A DNA stretch of 64,000 bases from Candidatus Buchananbacteria bacterium (GTDB lineage Bacteria; Patescibacteriota; Patescibacteriia; 2-01-FULL-39-33), in the NCBI GenBank assembly GCA_903888345.1, contig CAISTG010000036.1, positions 1,988-65,987 on the forward strand. Direction: 5' to 3'. The notes under the pieces were generated by a model. That model saw only the letters and a list, made by a program, of their open reading frames with translations, had not been told where the DNA came from and ran no database searches. Position numbers and translations under genes: made by a program. Positions 30,074 through 37,117 of the stretch are shown here, in pieces (within the stretch, counting starts at the first letter, position 1; each line of letters begins with the position of its first letter).

Positions 30074-31249
30074 ATGAAAATTGGAATCGACGCTTCACGC
30101 GCCAACAAACCAAATAAAACAGGAACCGAGTGGTATAGCTACCATATTATTGAGGAACTTAAGAAAATCGTTAATCCTGACGATCGGGTTTTGTTGTATA
30201 CCAATTCTGTCCTAACTGGCGGGTTGGAAAATTTACCGACTAATTTTATAGAGAAGGATTTAGCGTGGCCGCCTAAGTATCTTTGGACGCAAATTAGATT
30301 GTGGTGGGAACTAATAGTTTCTCCACCTGATGTGTTATTAGTACCCGCTCATACGATTCCTTTTTTGCCGTTGCCAAAGAAAATTAAAGTTTGTGTTAAT
30401 GTTCATGATGTCGGCTTTAAGCGAAGTCCAGAATTATATAAACCGATTCAGGTTTGGTATCATGATTTGACGATGCGGCGCATTAAGCAACGGGCTGATG
30501 TGATTATTACGATTTCCGAATTTTCGAAAAAGGAAATTATTGAGTTGTATCAAGTGCCAGAAAATAAAATTAAGGTAGTCTATTTGGGATTTGATGCGGA
30601 GAAGTATCATCGCCCTAGTGTCATCCTGAATGAAGCGGAGCGCAATGAAGGATCTCAAGTATTGCCACGGGATCCTTCGCAAGCTCAGGATGACGTATTA
30701 AAAAAATACAATATTAAACAACCTTATCTATTGTATGTTGGCCGATTGGAAAAAAAGAAAAATATCGCCAACATGATTGCGGCCTTTGCTTTAGCCAAAG
30801 AAGAACAACATGATTTGCAGTTGGTTTTAGCTGGTTCTTCCGGTCATCTTTTCGATGAAATTAAAAAAATCATTACTGACAATAAATTAGAAAACGAAGT
30901 TATTATTACTGGTTATGTTGATCAGGAGGATTTGCCGCAACTTTATAGTTCAGCTGAGATATTTCTTTTTCCAACTTTATATGAAGGCTTTGGGTTGCCT
31001 ATTTTAGAGGGCATGGCTTCCGGTGTTCCGGTTATTACTTCTAATTTTGCACCACATACGGAAGTTGGCGGTGATGCGGCTTATTATGCCGATGCCTACT
31101 CGCCGGAAAGTTTAGCTGATGGTATAATTAAGATATTAACAGATGTCGAATTAAAGCAGTCTTTAATTGCCAAAGGATTGGCGCGAGTCAAAGAATTTTC
31201 TTGGCGACAGACAGCCGAGGCAATTTATAAGATTATCTCCATTATTTAG
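30074..31249 (+). CDS. Family-1 (GT4-type) glycosyltransferase.
   Basis: C-terminal EGFGLPILEGMASGVPVI motif of GT-B retaining glycosyltransferases. Length about 390 aa. Confidence 0.8.
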   Translation: MKIGIDASRANKPNKTGTEWYSYHIIEELKKIVNPDDRVLLYTNSVLTGGLENLPTNFIEKDLAWPPKYLWTQIRLWWELIVSPPDVLLVPAHTIPFLPLPKKIKVCVNVHDVGFKRSPELYKPIQVWYHDLTMRRIKQRADVIITISEFSKKEIIELYQVPENKIKVVYLGFDAEKYHRPSVILNEAERNEGSQVLPRDPSQAQDDVLKKYNIKQPYLLYVGRLEKKKNIANMIAAFALAKEEQHDLQLVLAGSSGHLFDEIKKIITDNKLENEVIITGYVDQEDLPQLYSSAEIFLFPTLYEGFGLPILEGMASGVPVITSNFAPHTEVGGDAAYYADAYSPESLADGIIKILTDVELKQSLIAKGLARVKEFSWRQTAEAIYKIISII

Positions 31250-31270
31250 TAGCACCATTTCGAGTATATT

Positions 31271-31346
31271 TTGTCATTCCGGGCTTGACCCGGAATCTCA
31301 ATTCTAGTTATCGAGGTGGAGTCCGGGTCAAGCCCGGAATGACATA
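31271..31346. repeat. Palindromic double-hairpin repeat element, copy 1.
   Basis: tgtcattccgggcttgacccgga, a spacer of about 26 nt, then tccgggtcaagcccggaatgaca. It is a perfect 23-bp inverted repeat, and each arm is itself a hairpin (attccggg / cccggaat). A near-identical copy lies at about 41955-42075. Confidence 0.65.
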
Positions 31347-31368
31347 GTAGTAATTTATTTATTTATAT

Positions 31369-32337
31369 ATGAAACCAATTTTATTATCTGGCATTAAGCC
31401 AACCGCTCGCGTTCATATCGGAAATTACTTTGGAGCGATGAAACGCTTTGTGGAAATGCAATCAGAGTTTCAGAATTTTAATTTCATTGCTGATTATCAC
31501 GCCCTCAATCAAATGTTGGCAACACCGCAAGAAATTAAGCAATTAACTTTGGAATTAACTGCGGCTTATTTAGCGGTCGGATTAGACCCAAAAAAAACTA
31601 TTTTATTTCGCCAATCAGATGTACCGGAAGTGACCGAGCTTAATTGGATTTTCAATTCTTTAATTACCCCATCATATCTACAAAGCGCCCATGCTTATAA
31701 AGACGCAGTCGCCAAGAAAAAAGATGTGAATATGGGATTATTCTGCTATCCGGTACTGATGGCTGCAGATATTTTAATGTATGATTCTAATGTGGTTCCA
31801 GTTGGTAAGGATCAACAGCAACACGTAGAAATCGCTTGCGACTTGGCCAAGAAGTTTAATCACGTTTATAAAAAAGAAGTGTTTAAGTTGCCGAAAGCAG
31901 TTATTTGGGAGGGCGAGAGTTTACCCGGATTTGATGGCGAAAAGATGAGCAAGAGTAAGGGCAACGTGATTGAATTATTTGAAGCCGAAGAATCGATCAA
32001 GAAAAAGGTGATGAGCATCAAGACAGATTCTAAAGGTGTGCAAGATAAGAAAGATCCGGAAGCTGATTTGATTTTTGCTTATCATAAATTATTTTCCGCT
32101 CAGATGATTGACGAGTTGAGATCTAGATATGAAAATGGCGGTATTGGTTATAAAGAGTCCAAAGATATTTTATTTGCTAATATGATGGCTTACTTAAAAC
32201 CAATGCGTGATAAATATTTCAAATTGATTAAAGATGAAAAGTATTTGAATAAGGTTTTGGCTGATGGCGGTAAGCGGGCTCGCAAAGTGGCGGAGGCTAA
32301 AATGACGGCCGTGCGTAAGGTAATTGGAGTTAGATAA
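31369..32337 (+). CDS. trpS: Tryptophan--tRNA ligase.
   Basis: HIGN (HIGH-type) motif near the N-terminus. KMSKS motif. Length 322 aa. Followed by a hairpin and T-run terminator at about 32350-32382. Confidence 0.9.
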   Translation: MKPILLSGIKPTARVHIGNYFGAMKRFVEMQSEFQNFNFIADYHALNQMLATPQEIKQLTLELTAAYLAVGLDPKKTILFRQSDVPEVTELNWIFNSLITPSYLQSAHAYKDAVAKKKDVNMGLFCYPVLMAADILMYDSNVVPVGKDQQQHVEIACDLAKKFNHVYKKEVFKLPKAVIWEGESLPGFDGEKMSKSKGNVIELFEAEESIKKKVMSIKTDSKGVQDKKDPEADLIFAYHKLFSAQMIDELRSRYENGGIGYKESKDILFANMMAYLKPMRDKYFKLIKDEKYLNKVLADGGKRARKVAEAKMTAVRKVIGVR

Positions 32338-32391
32338 ATATATTTAAATAAAAAAAGCCATTTCAATTGAAGTGGCTTTTTTATGTTTGTG

Positions 32392-32428
32392 AAAAAAAAT
32401 CATCCCGCGAGCCAGGGTGGCGCGCGGG
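32392..32428 (-). terminator. Minus-strand rho-independent terminator ending the two-gene small-membrane-protein unit (approximate coordinates).
   Basis: Hairpin cccgcg...cgcggg followed on the minus strand by a run of 8-9 T. Confidence 0.45.
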
Positions 32429-32510
32429 ACGGGAAGGAACAAATATTAAGAATTTTAAGTGACTACAGTTGGATTGAAAACAAGCTTGATCTCGGCATCA
32501 TCGAAAGCCT

Positions 32511-32783
32511 TTATAGCGGCGGCGATTTTTCTTTCCGTTCACTTTTGGGAATGCCGCGGCGTACGCACCAACACTCTGCTTCATAATGAAAACCTTTATC
32601 AATGAAGACGTGATGCACCAGGGCAAAGCTAACCGGTTCTCCGGCAAACATTTTATCCAAAACAGAAGCAATTTTAGCGCGCCTGTTTTTGTCTGCTCTA
32701 TACGCCAAGTAGGCTGAAATAATCATGACTGGCATTATGAAGGCCATAATTAGCAATGCGTTAAGGGTCCATTCAGGTAACAT
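32511..32783 (-). CDS. Small membrane protein of 90 aa (cassette b1, second gene).
   Basis: AAAGGAGAG lies 7-8 nt upstream of the internal ATG at 32783. Transmembrane helix LNALLIMAFIMPVMIISAYLAY. The longer ORF-track extension to 32867 lacks a Shine-Dalgarno site and overlaps the upstream small gene. Confidence 0.5.
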   Translation of the reverse strand: MLPEWTLNALLIMAFIMPVMIISAYLAYRADKNRRAKIASVLDKMFAGEPVSFALVHHVFIDKGFHYEAECWCVRRGIPKSERKEKSPPL

Positions 32784-32806
32784 AGAGACTCTCCTTTGTT
32801 TGTCGT

Positions 32807-32983
32807 TTAGTGTACGGGAACAGTGCTGGCCGCTGCTAGCACAATGAATGTCATCCATAGAGCCCAATATCCGAAATAGCCGATTATCACACGAACACTA
32901 ACTGGAGACTTTCCTAGTCTCCTGGCCATAAATATAAATCCGATAGAAAGGGCAATTGTCATGAGTACGAAGAACAAATACAT
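32807..32983 (-). CDS. Tiny two-transmembrane-helix protein of 58 aa (cassette b1, first gene). It falls below the ORF-track size cut-off.
   Basis: AAAGGAGAT 7 nt upstream of the ATG. Translation is MYLFFVLMTIALSIGFIFMARRLGKSPVSVRVIIGYFGYWALWMTFIVLAAASTVPVH. A TTGACT-N17/18-TAnnnT promoter lies about 40-90 nt upstream. Confidence 0.45.
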   Translation of the reverse strand: MYLFFVLMTIALSIGFIFMARRLGKSPVSVRVIIGYFGYWALWMTFIVLAAASTVPVH

Positions 32984-33082
32984 GTTGCAATCTCCTTTAT
33001 TTGTTTTCGTTAGCTTATATTATTGAGTGGTGGATTTACCAGTCAACTACTAAGAATATCATGATTATTAGTAAAAGTCAAG

Positions 33083-33130
33083 TAAATAAAAATCGTCCAG
33101 CTCCAGTTTTGGTAAACTGAGGCTGGACGG
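33083..33130 (-). terminator. Minus-strand terminator for the secreted/membrane/zinc-ribbon operon (approximate coordinates).
   Basis: Perfect 8-bp stem cgtccagc / gctggacg with a T-run on the minus strand. Confidence 0.5.
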
Positions 33131-33153
33131 GAAAGAACTGATTGCTGAGGGTG

Positions 33154-33408
33154 TCAGCTTCGTAAGTAGGCGATAAACGCGCGCCACATGATTCTGAATG
33201 GGTTGCGCTGGCGACGAGCCTCACGTGCTTTCGTCTGTGTTTCTTGGTCAGTGGCCAGTCCGCAGTTGATGCAGAACATCATGCTGGGCCAAAGTTCATT
33301 GCCGCATGCGCATTTGGGCAGTGGCACTACCTTGTTGCCGCACATTTGGCAGTATTTACCGATTATTGCCGTGTTGCGGCAGTTGGAATTTGAACAAATG
33401 CTGGGCAT
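33154..33408 (-). CDS. Double zinc-ribbon small protein of 84 aa (cassette b2, third gene).
   Basis: CSNSNC..CQMCG and CACG..CINCG (four CxxC pairs), then a basic amphipathic C-terminus. AAAGGAGA Shine-Dalgarno site 8 nt upstream. Confidence 0.6.
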   Translation of the reverse strand: MPSICSNSNCRNTAIIGKYCQMCGNKVVPLPKCACGNELWPSMMFCINCGLATDQETQTKAREARRQRNPFRIMWRAFIAYLRS

Positions 33409-33410
33409 CT

Positions 33411-33872
33411 TTATTCTCCTTTAATCGCGTTCAGCGCTTGGTTAGAACTCGGACAGGTGGGACACTTGTCTCCGGCGAGTTCAAGCGGCTGCCAACCCTT
33501 GGTCAGCAGGGTGGGAATCTTGAAGTACACCGGTTCGTTGGTTTGTTTTGTTGCTTCGGGCAACAGATTGGACCTGACCGTGGCCGTTGAGCCGTCGAAG
33601 GTGACGCTGATTTTTCCCTTGTCGGGAAACTTCAGATCTTCTTTGTTCACAAACACCTTGAAGAGGCTGCTCTGGATCTCTGGGATGGCGGTTGGTGTGG
33701 TGGCAGTGACCGGCGGGTCTACTGCCATCAGGGCATTAATCATGAAAAAGATAAAACAGACAAAAGTAGCGATTGACCAAATGATCCGTTGTGGCTGTCT
33801 GTTCTTCTCGTCAATACATAGGATTAGCCACAACAGATTGACTACGGTCAAGATGATAAAATATATATGCAT
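33411..33872 (-). CDS. Membrane-anchored hypothetical protein of 153 aa (cassette b2, second gene).
   Basis: Two N-terminal transmembrane helices. C-terminal CPTCP motif. GGAGGAGA Shine-Dalgarno site 7 nt upstream. Confidence 0.55.
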   Translation of the reverse strand: MHIYFIILTVVNLLWLILCIDEKNRQPQRIIWSIATFVCFIFFMINALMAVDPPVTATTPTAIPEIQSSLFKVFVNKEDLKFPDKGKISVTFDGSTATVRSNLLPEATKQTNEPVYFKIPTLLTKGWQPLELAGDKCPTCPSSNQALNAIKGE

Positions 33873-33905
33873 GGCGGGATCTCCTCCATCGCGTTCAGCG
33901 ATTGG

Positions 33906-34382
33906 TTAGGACTTTTTGGTCTTGCTGAAGTATGACATATTCAGCACCTTTTTGTCGGCAGTGACTAGAATGACAAAGCATTGGAAGCCGTCTTCGGTGT
34001 CGCGAGACAGGATGAAGCCGGCATCAAGTTTGCCCATGGTTCCTTTAAGCGTCCAGGTCTTGGTGTTGAGTTGTGCGCCCTCGATGTTTTGAATGGTGAC
34101 CGTGATTGTTGTTTCGTCGAGATGTGGCTCCGACAAACCCATTGATGTTTTGATACTGTTGGTGGCGTGGACAATGTCGAGTTGGCCATCACCGTCGTAG
34201 TCAAACATGTTGATGGTATTGTTGGGGACAATCTCGCAGGTGGAGCGATTGAGGCCCACGGTCTGGTGCGGGAAGATCGCCAGCGACTTTTCTTGCGTCG
34301 TTGTGCTCACTTCCTGGGCATGAGCGGCGACTGCCGTCAGCAGAATTGCGAACAGTACGACAACGAAGATAAGGTTTTTCAT
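33906..34382 (-). CDS. Secreted hypothetical protein of 158 aa with a DYDGDGQLD calcium-binding-like loop (cassette b2, first gene).
   Basis: Signal peptide MKNLIFVVVLFAILLTAVAAHA|QE. A DxDxDG loop. Shine-Dalgarno site GGAGAAAAGGA upstream. Confidence 0.6.
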   Translation of the reverse strand: MKNLIFVVVLFAILLTAVAAHAQEVSTTTQEKSLAIFPHQTVGLNRSTCEIVPNNTINMFDYDGDGQLDIVHATNSIKTSMGLSEPHLDETTITVTIQNIEGAQLNTKTWTLKGTMGKLDAGFILSRDTEDGFQCFVILVTADKKVLNMSYFSKTKKS

Positions 34383-34457
34383 GTTTCGATCCTTTTCTCC
34401 GCATAAATGCGGTAGTTGTGAAGGTCCGGTTGATAGCTAACTTTAGCCAATCAATTA

Positions 34458-34490
34458 ATAATTATAGCATACATAGCAAAATTTGTCAAG
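34458..34490 (-). promoter_or_regulatory. Consensus sigma70 promoter TTGACA-N17-TATAAT on the minus strand (copy A of the duplicated ~80-bp module), driving the b2 operon (approximate coordinates).
   Basis: Minus-strand read is ttgacaaattttgctatgtatgctataat. The surrounding ~80 bp is about 90% identical to the 35880-35960 region. Confidence 0.55.
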
Positions 34491-34705
34491 TAGTTATCAA
34501 CAGGTAAAATAAATTTTGTTTAAATTTAGATATAATAATATTAATATTTCGGCGTAATTGAAGTGATTTTCATATTTCACGATTGTACTCCTTATTGTCA
34601 TTGCGAGGGATGCGAACTCAGCCGACCACGGTAATCTCAGTTATCTTGTGACAACTAGCCGGTAAGAGCTTGTTTCGGACGTTCTGCTGAACTACCTCGT
34701 AATGA

Positions 34706-34768
34706 CGAAAATTATAAAAATTAAACAAAAAAGAAGCGCCCCGCGTAGACCGAAGTCCCGCGGGGCGA
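34706..34768 (-). terminator. Minus-strand terminator after the 34787..35083 gene (approximate coordinates).
   Basis: Perfect 9-bp GC stem cgccccgcg / cgcggggcg followed on the minus strand by a long T-rich run. Confidence 0.55.
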
Positions 34769-34786
34769 TATTTGTGCTTTGTTGTG

Positions 34787-35083
34787 TCAGCTGGCCTGCT
34801 CGTAGCGGTCCAGCGTGGCGGCAACGTCGTTTACGGATATGCAGAGTGGCACCTGACGTAGACGGCCTCGGTGCATTCCGAATAGGCCGTTGATTTGTTT
34901 CGTGAATCGTGCCAGATCGACGTTCTCATCTTCGAGGATATCCTGGAGGATGGCGAGCCAATTCACGTGGTTGTATGCCTGACCGTAGTGGCAGGACAGA
35001 CACAGCGAATCACGCGCTCCGCCCTCATTCAACCCCATTGTCTTTCTCAAAGACGTCAGAACGCGTTCTTTTAGTGTGAGCAT
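34787..35083 (-). CDS. Hypothetical protein of 98 aa (cassette c, second gene).
   Basis: GAAGGAAAGGA Shine-Dalgarno site upstream. No homology recognised. It overlaps the spurious ORF-track entries on the opposite strand. Confidence 0.5.
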   Translation of the reverse strand: MLTLKERVLTSLRKTMGLNEGGARDSLCLSCHYGQAYNHVNWLAILQDILEDENVDLARFTKQINGLFGMHRGRLRQVPLCISVNDVAATLDRYEQAS

Positions 35084-35112
35084 GATCAGTAGTCCTTTCC
35101 TTCTCTGGGAGT

Positions 35113-35742
35113 TCAGCCGGCCTTTTTGCTGGGAGTGACGATCAGGTCAAAGCGACCGTCGCCCTTCAGATATTCCTTGATGTCGCGGTCGAAGACTTGG
35201 CAGTAAGCGATGGCATCAGCCATGCGGTTGTCACGGATCAATCCGCAGATCACATCCCTGAGCGTCTTCTGTTGCTGGCGACGCTCCTGTTCCAACTCGG
35301 AGTTGGTGGCCTGTTCTTTCTGCTTCAACTTTTTGGTTGCCTGCTTCAGTTTAACCAGGCCTTTGCTGAGTTTTGCTTCCAGCTCTGCCGAGGTGACTGG
35401 CTCCAGTTCTTCGATCTGACTCTCGAAATCTCCCTGGCTGATGTCGGAGAAGAATCTGAAATCAAGCCCGGAGTAATAGTGGGGCGGCTCAACTCCCACC
35501 CAGTTTACTGGAGAGTTAATCAAACCGCTGGCAAGTAGGGCGTTAACTGATCTGGTGATTTGTTGGCGCTCTACGGTCGACAGGTCACTCGGACGCTCCC
35601 TGGTGCCGCTAATCCTGGGATTCTCGCCAAAACCGTTTTTGAATTGAACGCTGGCGACAAATCCTTTCTGATCAGCGACGATGATGACCGGGATACGGAT
35701 GCCATGGAACTCAGTTACTCGGAAAATCTCGAATTTCTTCAT
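35113..35742 (-). CDS. Hypothetical protein of 209 aa with a central coiled coil (cassette c, first gene).
   Basis: AAGGAA Shine-Dalgarno site. Charged coiled-coil segment EELEPVTSAELEAKLSKGLVKLKQATKKLKQKEQ. A consensus promoter lies about 150 nt upstream. Confidence 0.55.
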   Translation of the reverse strand: MKKFEIFRVTEFHGIRIPVIIVADQKGFVASVQFKNGFGENPRISGTRERPSDLSTVERQQITRSVNALLASGLINSPVNWVGVEPPHYYSGLDFRFFSDISQGDFESQIEELEPVTSAELEAKLSKGLVKLKQATKKLKQKEQATNSELEQERRQQQKTLRDVICGLIRDNRMADAIAYCQVFDRDIKEYLKGDGRFDLIVTPSKKAG

Positions 35743-35886
35743 GATTGAAATTCCTTTCCCACTTCGTGGGTTTTCTTGGTTGTGATTGTTTGCTTTACTA
35801 AAATTCCCTTATTTTAAGGCAATGAAATAGATAACTACTGCATCGCCCTAGAATCAGGGAACTTAGTTTGTTAAAGTTCTAATATA

Positions 35887-35919
35887 TAATTATAGCATAC
35901 ATAGTAAAATTTGTCAAGT
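35887..35919 (-). promoter_or_regulatory. Consensus sigma70 promoter TTGACA-N17-TATAAT on the minus strand (copy B of the duplicated module), driving cassette c (approximate coordinates).
   Basis: Minus-strand read is ttgacaaattttactatgtatgctataat. Confidence 0.55.
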
Positions 35920-35957
35920 AGTTATCAACAGGCTAAAATTATTTTTGTTTAAATTTA

Positions 35958-35991
35958 AATAAAAAAACCACTCAGGTTTAATGTGAGTGGC
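35958..35991 (-). terminator. Minus-strand terminator ending cassette d (approximate coordinates).
   Basis: Stem ccactca / tgagtgg, then a run of 7 T on the minus strand. Confidence 0.5.
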
Positions 35992-36014
35992 TAAATTGGT
36001 GTTCAAGATTGATT

Positions 36015-36446
36015 CTAACGCCAAGGATCAAAGTCTAAACGAATATCGCGGATTTTATTAATATTTTCCATGGTAATTATCGTGTTTTGAGCGGTTTGAT
36101 CATAAAATTCCTTGGTCAGATAGATCGTCCAGGGCCTAGGGTTGCCGGGCTTGGAGCCATCAAGGAAATTAAAGTCTGACCCCATGGCTTTGAGCATCGC
36201 GCAGACGTAATTCGGGAAAAATCCGGTTTGGAAGGTTTCTACCGTTGTTGAATCAGATATTCCCCAAATTTGGTGTCGTTCAAAGCCCTCGAAAGTCACG
36301 CTGACTGGAATAGTCAATTTTTTTGACTGATAGATTAGCCAGATTAAGGTTTTTCTAAATATTTCTGGGTACTCCGAAGTATTGGCAATCAAATATTGGA
36401 GTGCTGAGATTTGTGTATCTGTGATCACGGGAGTTGGCTTTTCCAT
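36015..36446 (-). CDS. Hypothetical protein of 143 aa, paralog of the upstream gene (cassette d).
   Basis: Shares Q(I)xAL.Y(I)..., WLI.QS..LT.PV.V and INxIR..LDFD blocks with the 36453..37001 product. Confidence 0.55.
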   Translation of the reverse strand: MEKPTPVITDTQISALQYLIANTSEYPEIFRKTLIWLIYQSKKLTIPVSVTFEGFERHQIWGISDSTTVETFQTGFFPNYVCAMLKAMGSDFNFLDGSKPGNPRPWTIYLTKEFYDQTAQNTIITMENINKIRDIRLDFDPWR

Positions 36447-36452
36447 GTGTTG

Positions 36453-37001
36453 TTACACCTTTGGTTGTTTGCGTTTCTTAACCCAAGAAACACTTTCTTT
36501 GGGTTCAGGGAGATCGTGAGAACCGCCAAAATAGCTGGCATCCGCTAACCGGATAGCATTTATTTTCTCGAGATCAAGTCTCAGGCGCGTCGCTTTATCA
36601 TCATAGAGATGGGGCGAGAGCCAGGCCGTGTAGCCGTGGAAGTTATTAAGTTCTCCCTGCTCATCGTATATTCCGCCATGAACCGAAAATCGGAAAGTCG
36701 TGCTAGCTACAGTCAGCAAGGAGTTAAGGTGGGTGGTGTTACCACCGCTGATCATGTCATGAATACTGTTAAGCAGTTGTTCGCACAACTCTATCTGGCC
36801 CTTGGGTGTGCCGGGGCAATTTTTCGGAATACTGACACAGACTGGCCGCGTTAGGTTATTCGACTGATCAATTAGCCAGAAACAAAGTCGCTTGCCGAAA
36901 TTGCTGGCATCTTTTGATCCAGCGATGTAAATTTTCAGCGCCTCAATTTGTCGGTCAGATAGGGGTCTTGATTTAGCGAGTCGGGTCGTGGATGGGGCCA
37001 T
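36453..37001 (-). CDS. Hypothetical protein of 182 aa, tandem paralog (cassette d, first gene).
   Basis: Internal ATG at 37001 has a CAGGAGAA Shine-Dalgarno site 7 nt upstream. The ORF-track start at 37076 lies inside the promoter -35 element and is unlikely. Confidence 0.55.
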   Translation of the reverse strand: MAPSTTRLAKSRPLSDRQIEALKIYIAGSKDASNFGKRLCFWLIDQSNNLTRPVCVSIPKNCPGTPKGQIELCEQLLNSIHDMISGGNTTHLNSLLTVASTTFRFSVHGGIYDEQGELNNFHGYTAWLSPHLYDDKATRLRLDLEKINAIRLADASYFGGSHDLPEPKESVSWVKKRKQPKV

Positions 37002-37045
37002 GATACGGTTCTCCTGTTGGTTGATTTTAAAGGTGCGTCGATAGG

Positions 37046-37078
37046 TGAGTCTAACATAACGAATAGGGGTTGTCAATG
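37046..37078 (-). promoter_or_regulatory. Sigma70-like promoter TTGACA-N17-TAGACT on the minus strand, driving cassette d (approximate coordinates).
   Basis: Minus-strand read is ttgacaacccctattcgttatgttagact. It overlaps the divergent holB upstream region. Confidence 0.45.
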
Positions 37079-37117
37079 GTTGCTAAGGAGGTCGGTTTTG
37101 TGTTAATATTTACTCAT

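Noticed and set aside
32383-32586. + strand 67-aa ORF after trpS, and the long form (32511..32867) of the minus-strand ORF.
   Set aside because: The + ORF spans two terminator hairpins and has no Shine-Dalgarno site. The long minus form overlaps a Shine-Dalgarno-bearing 58-aa gene and has no ribosome-binding site of its own, so the internal ATG at 32783 with AAAGGAGAG is preferred.
33188-35538. Numerous overlapping ORFs on the + strand across the cassette region: 33188..33424, 33306..33590, 33457..33909, 34167..34406, 34702..34893, 35197..35538, 35210..35419 and 35560..35748. Also the minus ORFs 33965..34231, 34201..34404 and 34618..34824.
   Set aside because: Each is antisense or out of frame relative to a minus-strand gene that has a Shine-Dalgarno site, promoter and terminator. 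The higher GC content here inflates random ORF length.
29340-37080. Is the region a prophage or an IS/transposon?
   Set aside because: No integrase, transposase, terminase, capsid or portal-like proteins are visible, and no long terminal inverted or direct repeats bound the region. The cassettes are dispersed at several sites rather than forming one island, so classical mobile-element calls are not supported.
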